From assembly GCA_041554435.1 (NCBI GenBank), contig JBFFLX010000001.1:377-64376 (forward strand): a stretch of 64,000 bases of DNA. The letters run 5' to 3'. This DNA is from Bacteroidales bacterium. GTDB taxonomy: Bacteria; Bacteroidota; Bacteroidia; Bacteroidales; F082. The position numbers and the translations under genes were made by a program. Numbering within the stretch: the first letter of the stretch is position 1; each line of letters opens with the position of its first letter. Shown here piece after piece: positions 58,052 to 64,000 of the stretch. The notes under the pieces were generated by a model. The model searched no databases, was not told the origin of the DNA, and was given only the letters and a program-made list of their open reading frames with translations.

Positions 58052-59443
58052 ATGAAATACGATATAATAGTAATTGGTTCAGGCCCGGGAGGTTATGTTG
58101 CTGCCATAAGAGCATCACAATTAGGAAAGAAAGTTGCAGTTGTGGAGAAAGCCGAAATAGGTGGTATATGCTTAAATTGGGGTTGTATTCCAACCAAAGC
58201 TTTATTAAAAAGTGCACAGGTTTATAACTATGCAAAACATGCAGCCGATTACGGAGTAAAAATTGCCGGTGATGTTACACCTGATTTAACCGATATGGTA
58301 AAACGCAGCCGTCTTGTTGCTGATGGAATGAGTAAAGGGGTTCAGTTTTTATTTAAGAAAAACAAAATTGAACTCATTAATGGTTTCGGAAAACTTGCCA
58401 AAGGCAAAAAAGTTGAAGTTACTGATGATAAAGGTAAATCAACTACCTACGAAGCCGATCATATTATTCTTGCCACAGGAGCAAAATCCAAGCAGTTACC
58501 AAATATGCCACAGGATGGTAAAAAAATTATTGGATATCGTCAGGCAATGACTTTGGATAAAATTCCTGAAAGTATGGTAGTTGTTGGTTCCGGAGCCATA
58601 GGATCGGAATTCGCGTATTTCTATAACAGCCTTGGAGTTGATGTTACTCTGGTAGAATTCTTACCAACAATAGTTCCTTTGGAAGACGAGGAAGTTGGCA
58701 AAACTTTAGCCCGCTCTTTCAAAAAGGAAAAGATGAAAATTATGGTTGGTTCAGCAGTTGAAAGCGTTGATACCAAAGGTAAGAAATGTAAGGTTAACAT
58801 AAAAACCAAGAAAGGTAATGAAGTTGTTGAAGCAGATATAGTTCTTTCAGCAGTTGGAATTGAAACCAATCTTGAAGGTATTGGATTAGAGGAAGTTGGT
58901 GTAAAAACCGAAAATGGTAAAGTAATAATTGATGATTTTTACCGTACCAATGTTGATGGAGTTTATGCCATAGGTGATATTGTTCACGGACCTGCTTTAG
59001 CACATACGGCATCACATGAAGGAATTACCTGTGTTGAGAAAATCAGCGGTCTTGATGTGGAGCCAATCGACTATGGAAATATTCCTGCTTGTACCTATAC
59101 TTCTCCGGAAGTTGCTTCTGTTGGTATGACAGAAGTTCAGGCAAAAGAAGCTGGATATGAGGTTAAAGTTGGAAAATTCCCATTTACTGCTTCTGGAAAA
59201 GCCAGTGCCGGTGGTAAAAAAGATGGTTTTGTAAAAGTTGTTTTCGATGCTAAATACGGTGAGTGGCTAGGCTGTCAGATGATAGGTGATAATGTTACCG
59301 AAATGATTGCCGAAGTAGTTGCAGCCAGAAAGTTGGAAACCACAGGCCACGAAATTATTAAAACTGTTCACCCTCACCCAACAATGTCGGAAGCTGTTAT
59401 GGAAGCAGTTGCCGCAGCTTATGGTGAAGTTATTCATATTTAG
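58052..59443 (+). CDS. lpdA: Dihydrolipoyl dehydrogenase
   Basis: FAD motif GSGPGGYVAA, redox disulfide GGICLNWGCIPTK, GSGAIGSE and HPHPTMSE. Confidence 0.95.
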   Translation: MKYDIIVIGSGPGGYVAAIRASQLGKKVAVVEKAEIGGICLNWGCIPTKALLKSAQVYNYAKHAADYGVKIAGDVTPDLTDMVKRSRLVADGMSKGVQFLFKKNKIELINGFGKLAKGKKVEVTDDKGKSTTYEADHIILATGAKSKQLPNMPQDGKKIIGYRQAMTLDKIPESMVVVGSGAIGSEFAYFYNSLGVDVTLVEFLPTIVPLEDEEVGKTLARSFKKEKMKIMVGSAVESVDTKGKKCKVNIKTKKGNEVVEADIVLSAVGIETNLEGIGLEEVGVKTENGKVIIDDFYRTNVDGVYAIGDIVHGPALAHTASHEGITCVEKISGLDVEPIDYGNIPACTYTSPEVASVGMTEVQAKEAGYEVKVGKFPFTASGKASAGGKKDGFVKVVFDAKYGEWLGCQMIGDNVTEMIAEVVAARKLETTGHEIIKTVHPHPTMSEAVMEAVAAAYGEVIHI

Positions 59444-59455
59444 AAATTTGTATTG

Positions 59456-60544
59456 ATGCCAAATAAACTATTAGAGCCATATTCTTTACAGGATTTGGTA
59501 TTAAATAATCGTGTTGTTATGGCACCTCTTACAAGAGGCCGTTCCGACAATCCTGCGCATATTCCAACACCATTAACAGCCGAGTATTACCGACAGCGGG
59601 CAAGTGCCGGCTTAATAATCAGTGAAGGCTCGCAGATTTCAACTATGGGTGTTGGTTATCCGAATACGCCGGGTATTTACACAAGAGTTCAAACTTTTGC
59701 ATGGCAACAGGTTGCCAATGCTGTTCACAAAGAGGGAGGAAAAATATTCCTTCAGTTATGGCATGTGGGACGATTGTCGCATCCGGATTTTCTAAATGGG
59801 AACCTGCCCTGGGCACCTTCTGCCCTGGAGATTGACTATATGGCTCGTACTGAAGAAGGACAAAAAAAGGCTCCTACTCCGCATGAAATGACTATCGATG
59901 AGGTGAAAATGGTTATTATGGAGTTTAAATGGGCGGCAGCAAATGCAATGAAAGCCGGCTTCGACGGAGTTGAAATCCATGCTTCAAATGGTTATCTTAT
60001 TCATCAGTTTATTGCTCCATGTTCAAATGTAAGAGAAGATGAATATGGTGGAAGTTACGAAAACAGAAGCCGTTTTCTTTTGGAAATTATAGATGAGATG
60101 AAAGAGGTTATGCCTGAAAGCAGAATAGGTGTGCGCTTAAATCCTTCTTATCACGATGTACACGATATGGTGATTACAAAGGATACAATACCAACTTTCG
60201 ATTATCTTATAGATAAGTTGAACGATTACAATCTTGCATACTTACATCTTTCGGAGCCGGGAAGAAGAGCAGCATCTGCAGAATATGCAGAAAAAAATAT
60301 AGCAAAACGCTACAGACCTATTTATAAAGGAAATCTTATGATAAACAGAGGATTTACCTTTGAAACTGCAAACAAGGTTGTTGAAGATGGTGATGCCGAT
60401 TTGGTTGCTTTTGGAGTTCCTTTTATTGCAAATCCCGATTTGGTTAATAGATTTAAAAATAATTTACCACTCGCCGAGGCCGATTCTTCAACTTATTACT
60501 CCACAGGCGCTAAAGGTTATACAGATTATCCCAACGCTGATTGA
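59456..60544 (+). CDS. Old Yellow Enzyme family NAD(P)H:flavin oxidoreductase / alkene reductase (NemA-like)
   Basis: NRVVMAPLTR, QLWHVGR, GVEIHASNGYLIHQF and ADLVAFGVPFIANPDL. Confidence 0.9.
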   Translation: MPNKLLEPYSLQDLVLNNRVVMAPLTRGRSDNPAHIPTPLTAEYYRQRASAGLIISEGSQISTMGVGYPNTPGIYTRVQTFAWQQVANAVHKEGGKIFLQLWHVGRLSHPDFLNGNLPWAPSALEIDYMARTEEGQKKAPTPHEMTIDEVKMVIMEFKWAAANAMKAGFDGVEIHASNGYLIHQFIAPCSNVREDEYGGSYENRSRFLLEIIDEMKEVMPESRIGVRLNPSYHDVHDMVITKDTIPTFDYLIDKLNDYNLAYLHLSEPGRRAASAEYAEKNIAKRYRPIYKGNLMINRGFTFETANKVVEDGDADLVAFGVPFIANPDLVNRFKNNLPLAEADSSTYYSTGAKGYTDYPNAD

Positions 60545-60563
60545 ATTTTGTAACATTCTGATA

Positions 60564-63209
60564 TTAAAGGCTTAACCGATATGACAATTTCAGCAGAAAA
60601 ACATTGCTGGCTTTCGCATCAGCCAGGTTTTTTATTCTGTCGCTAAGGTAAAAACTTCCTTTTTCTGTGTCGCCATTTCGACCCTGCGACCATACGAAGT
60701 ATGCTGTGGAGCCGGGAACGTACTCCCATCTTACAACAAAATTACTTCTGAATTCATAAAAACTGAAATCAGGATTATCAAAACTGTAATCAGTTATACC
60801 ATCCTTGTTTTCATCAATATTATAGAGGTTATCTTCTGCATTATAGGATATTTCATTATCCGTAAAAACATGAAACTGAGAATCAAAATCTTTATTTCCT
60901 GCATCAGTAACTTTTTTAAAGTTGTGATAGTCGCCTGAGAAAAAGAAAGGTTGCCCCCAATATTGTATAGATAAGTCTGGTGTTATGGAATAATTAATTC
61001 TAAAATTAAATTGAAGAGTTTTACGTTTTAAATTAGAAACCACATAAACGTTCTCATTATCAAAAGTTTTTGTGTCGATATAAATATATCCCTCTCTATC
61101 GTAAACATAAACGGGGTCGATTGATAGTTCTAAACTTGGTAAAGGGCGGTATGATATTTCAAATCCAACATCTTCGGCTACACGCCATTTATTTTTACCA
61201 AAACCATTAAAATAAAATGCGCTGAAAACAAACTTTTTACGTGAATCAGTACTAAATGAGTAACTCATTCGGAGCATTGATGGCGTATACAAAGCAGGTC
61301 CGCCTCTTAACTGATGTCTGTCGATATCAAAAAACTGATAATTATAGTTTACGTGGAAAAACCAATAGTTTTTAAGTTGGAAATTTGTTGAAAGTTGTGC
61401 GCCGGAATAGATATATCTTCCGCCAAAATCCCATCCTGCCCAATGAGAGAAGTTTATATGCATATTTCGGAAAACAGAAAACGGTTCCCATAATATGTAG
61501 TTAATCCAAATCGATTCATCAAAATAATCTGCTCGGTGCATAAATCCCATATCACTTACCGACATGCCCGGCGATTTAAATGAACTGCGTATGCCATATC
61601 TCCAGTGGCCTTTTCCGATTTTTGCAAAACGGAATGAGCTTCCCATACCCGAAAGTTGCTGCAAACTACTGTCAACACTGCGATATGTTAAGTCAGGGCG
61701 TTGGTAATATCTTTGCGGTGCCATTTGCCTTTCTATTATCGCCAAACTATCACCTTCAATAAAACTTCCCATCAGGTTTGCCTGAAAATTATATGTCCTG
61801 TCTTTCCAATAATGATTAAAATCAAGACCACCTGTATATGCAGAGTTGGGTAAAAAAAACAAGGCACTGTCTTTAACAGATCTGTTGGTGGCTGTAATCA
61901 TTCCGCCAACTATTGTTTTTCCCTCATTGAAATCCTTTTGTAAACGCGTGTTAAAATAATTAGTCAGAGGTTCAACTATTTGTTTGCGTTCTAAACCACT
62001 ACTGTCGATCAAGGCATATTCATTGTTTGTAACACTTTCCATAATTCCTATGGACCAGCCGCTTTCAGTTTTGCCCGAAAGTTTAAAGGCACCCAATATT
62101 CTTGTGTGGTCGGGTGTATTAATATATTCATCATCAGCAATATCCGCTTCGTATTGTGGCCTGCGTCCGATACGTCTTGAATAGAAAAGTCTTTCGGTAC
62201 TAAAAACATCACCTGCCACCAGAGGGAAATTATAAATATTAGAACCTTCGGTAAAAAATGGTCGTTGCTCTCTAAAATAACTTTCGAAGGCCGATAAATT
62301 AACTTCCGAAGGGTCGGCTTCAACCTGACCAAAATCCGGATTTATTGTAAAGTTTAGAGTAAGGTTATTGCTAACAGCAATTTTTCCATCTAATCCGGCA
62401 TTATTTATCCATTTTGTACCCGTTTCATAGGGATTGCCTTCCTCTTTTACGCTTTTTTCCAGTCCTCCCATTATATAAGGAGTAAGAGCAATTTCTTTTT
62501 TTGGTTTTATATTTTCAATACCATGAAGTTCTCCCCACAAGCTTACCCATCCTGAAGCTTCCTGAGGCACCATCTGCCATACTGAAAACTCTTGTTCACG
62601 AAATAAAGTTCGCATAACTTCCAAGCCCCAAACCTTTTTTGCTTTGGCAGAAAATCGTAACTGATTTAAGGGAATTTTCATTTCGGCAACCCATCCTTCT
62701 CCGTCAACGGTAGTTTTTACTTCATAAACTGGTTTCCAGGTATCATCCCAGTCAACATCGTTGGTAACAATCCCATCGGCTTTTACTCCTGCCGCATTTA
62801 CACCAAAACTAAAGCCAGTTCGTTTATCATTATAACTGCTAAAAGCAATGGCAACCCAGTCGCCGTCTGAGTTTCCTCTTCTGCTTAAGCGACGTTCAAT
62901 TTTCTCGGGTTCTGTATCAAACGCCCTTATTGCAACATATAAATTATTGTCGTCGTAAATAATTTTAAAGGCAGTTTGCTGCGATGGTTTTTGATTTTCA
63001 AAGGGTTCTTTTTGGGTGAAATCGCCCGACCATTCAACGATGTTCCAGATATCTTCAGTTATCAAGCCATCAATTACCGGCGTTTCACCTTCTGTTTTTT
63101 CGGTATTATACACTCTAACCTGAGCCTCAGTGATTAATGCTGACAAGCATAAAATGCATAATATTAGTAAGTTGCGATTCTTTGACATTAAACTATTAAA
63201 TTGCTGCAA
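60564..63209 (-). CDS. DUF5916 / CBM9-like-domain outer-membrane protein
   Basis: Signal peptide. The N-terminal IDGxxxExxWxxxxW pattern is CBM9-like. It has a large beta-rich body and the C-terminal beta-signal LKLSYRLSL. The family call is from memory. Confidence 0.6.
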   Translation of the reverse strand: MQQFNSLMSKNRNLLILCILCLSALITEAQVRVYNTEKTEGETPVIDGLITEDIWNIVEWSGDFTQKEPFENQKPSQQTAFKIIYDDNNLYVAIRAFDTEPEKIERRLSRRGNSDGDWVAIAFSSYNDKRTGFSFGVNAAGVKADGIVTNDVDWDDTWKPVYEVKTTVDGEGWVAEMKIPLNQLRFSAKAKKVWGLEVMRTLFREQEFSVWQMVPQEASGWVSLWGELHGIENIKPKKEIALTPYIMGGLEKSVKEEGNPYETGTKWINNAGLDGKIAVSNNLTLNFTINPDFGQVEADPSEVNLSAFESYFREQRPFFTEGSNIYNFPLVAGDVFSTERLFYSRRIGRRPQYEADIADDEYINTPDHTRILGAFKLSGKTESGWSIGIMESVTNNEYALIDSSGLERKQIVEPLTNYFNTRLQKDFNEGKTIVGGMITATNRSVKDSALFFLPNSAYTGGLDFNHYWKDRTYNFQANLMGSFIEGDSLAIIERQMAPQRYYQRPDLTYRSVDSSLQQLSGMGSSFRFAKIGKGHWRYGIRSSFKSPGMSVSDMGFMHRADYFDESIWINYILWEPFSVFRNMHINFSHWAGWDFGGRYIYSGAQLSTNFQLKNYWFFHVNYNYQFFDIDRHQLRGGPALYTPSMLRMSYSFSTDSRKKFVFSAFYFNGFGKNKWRVAEDVGFEISYRPLPSLELSIDPVYVYDREGYIYIDTKTFDNENVYVVSNLKRKTLQFNFRINYSITPDLSIQYWGQPFFFSGDYHNFKKVTDAGNKDFDSQFHVFTDNEISYNAEDNLYNIDENKDGITDYSFDNPDFSFYEFRSNFVVRWEYVPGSTAYFVWSQGRNGDTEKGSFYLSDRIKNLADAKASNVFLLKLSYRLSL

Positions 63210-63245
63210 ATTAGAAAATATATATATATTATATCATATTTTTAA

Positions 63246-64000
63246 CTAAAAACTGAGTCTATAGGAGAATTTAATTAGGAATGTATTTGAAGCCTTCAGC
63301 ATGGATAATCTTTCTATATTTTTGTTGAGACTAAATCTTCCATCAGGATGGTCTCCCGTTCGTCCTTGCGACCAAACCAAATATGCCGTTGACCCGGGAA
63401 TATACTCCCATCGTAGTACAAGGTTACTTCGAAATTCATAAAAACTAAAGTCAGGGTTCTCAAATGAATAGTTAGTTTGGCCATTTTCATTCTCATCAAC
63501 ATGATAAATGTCGAAATCGCTGTCGTAACTTATTTCATTTAATGAAAACTGATAATATTGTTTCATTATATCATTATTACCGGCATCTATTACTTTTTTG
63601 AAATCAGAATAATCTCCTGAAAATAAAAAGGGTTGTCCCCAAAACTGAATTGACAAATCTGGTGTAATAGAAAAGTTAATACGGAGGTCCATACTGGTAA
63701 ATTCTTGCTTAATGCCGGATATTAAATATCTACTTTGACCGTTGTCAAGATCGATATTTTCGATATAAATGGCAGAAGTATTTTCAAGATAGTAGTTTGG
63801 TGAAAGAGAAATTTGTAAAAAGTCCAGTGGGCGATATTCAATTTCTAGGCCTAGGTTTATTGAATTGGCAAAATTATTATCGTTTCTTCTCCTCGACATA
63901 AAAATACTGAAACTAACCTTCTTACGATTGTCAGAGCCAATATTTATCCATTGATTTACATATCCCGGGTATATTAAGGCTGGTCCTCCTCTTAATTCAC
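63246..64000 (-). CDS. Second DUF5916-family protein, C-terminal part; the gene runs off the right edge
   Basis: Hand translation upstream of the track's Met stays open to 64000 (ELRGGPALIYPGYVNQWINIGSDNRKKVSFSIF-MSRRR). It aligns with QLRGGPALYTPS...DSRKKFVFSAF of the 881-aa neighbour, and the C-terminal ~215 aa are clearly homologous. Confidence 0.65.
   Translation of the reverse strand, partial: ELRGGPALIYPGYVNQWINIGSDNRKKVSFSIFMSRRRNDNNFANSINLGLEIEYRPLDFLQISLSPNYYLENTSAIYIENIDLDNGQSRYLISGIKQEFTSMDLRINFSITPDLSIQFWGQPFLFSGDYSDFKKVIDAGNNDIMKQYYQFSLNEISYDSDFDIYHVDENENGQTNYSFENPDFSFYEFRSNLVLRWEYIPGSTAYLVWSQGRTGDHPDGRFSLNKNIERLSMLKASNTFLIKFSYRLSF

Noticed and set aside
1-64000. Search for tRNA, rRNA, CRISPR arrays, IS elements, integrases, toxin-antitoxin pairs or known defence genes
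   Set aside because: The intergenic regions are short (mostly under 320 bp). None contained cloverleaf-like GC-rich segments, regularly spaced direct repeats or terminal inverted repeats, and no ORF shows transposase, integrase, nuclease or defence-type motifs. The window looks like core chromosome.

Overview
AT-rich (about one-third GC) chromosomal core region, most likely from a Bacteroidota genome. This is supported by a PorQ-type T9SS component, many OmpA or beta-barrel outer-membrane proteins, TPR-type sensor kinases and a 4-subunit 2-oxoacid:ferredoxin oxidoreductase. The window is densely coding with about 55 genes. These include dnaA, recF plus a DUF721 gene, recN, ispH, fabG, fabI, miaB, mtaB, aconitase, glutamate dehydrogenase, lpdA and an Old-Yellow-Enzyme reductase. 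I found no rRNA, tRNA, CRISPR array, transposase or integrase, so this is not an obvious mobile or accessory island. The most interesting locus is a tight four-gene operon at 25702-29949. It encodes a coiled-coil protein, then a single-pass membrane protein with a Roadblock/LC7-like cytoplasmic segment and a periplasmic BON/OmpA-like end. A Rab/Ras-like small GTPase with all five G motifs follows, and the last gene is a soluble orphan histidine kinase. I read this as an uncharacterised G-protein-type envelope signalling module, loosely analogous to MglA/MglB and to Streptomyces conservons. The second candidate is a gdh-linked pair of PPDK_N (ATP-grasp) proteins at 42862-47336 that lack the PEP/pyruvate TIM barrel and share an unusual C-terminal GRWG...G(S/T)HFF domain. 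Other points are a three-kinase operon with no output domain, a Kv-type channel with a C-terminal zinc ribbon, several tandem paralog pairs, and a perfect 22-bp palindrome in a long intergenic region. All family assignments come from motif recognition by eye. No database search was run.
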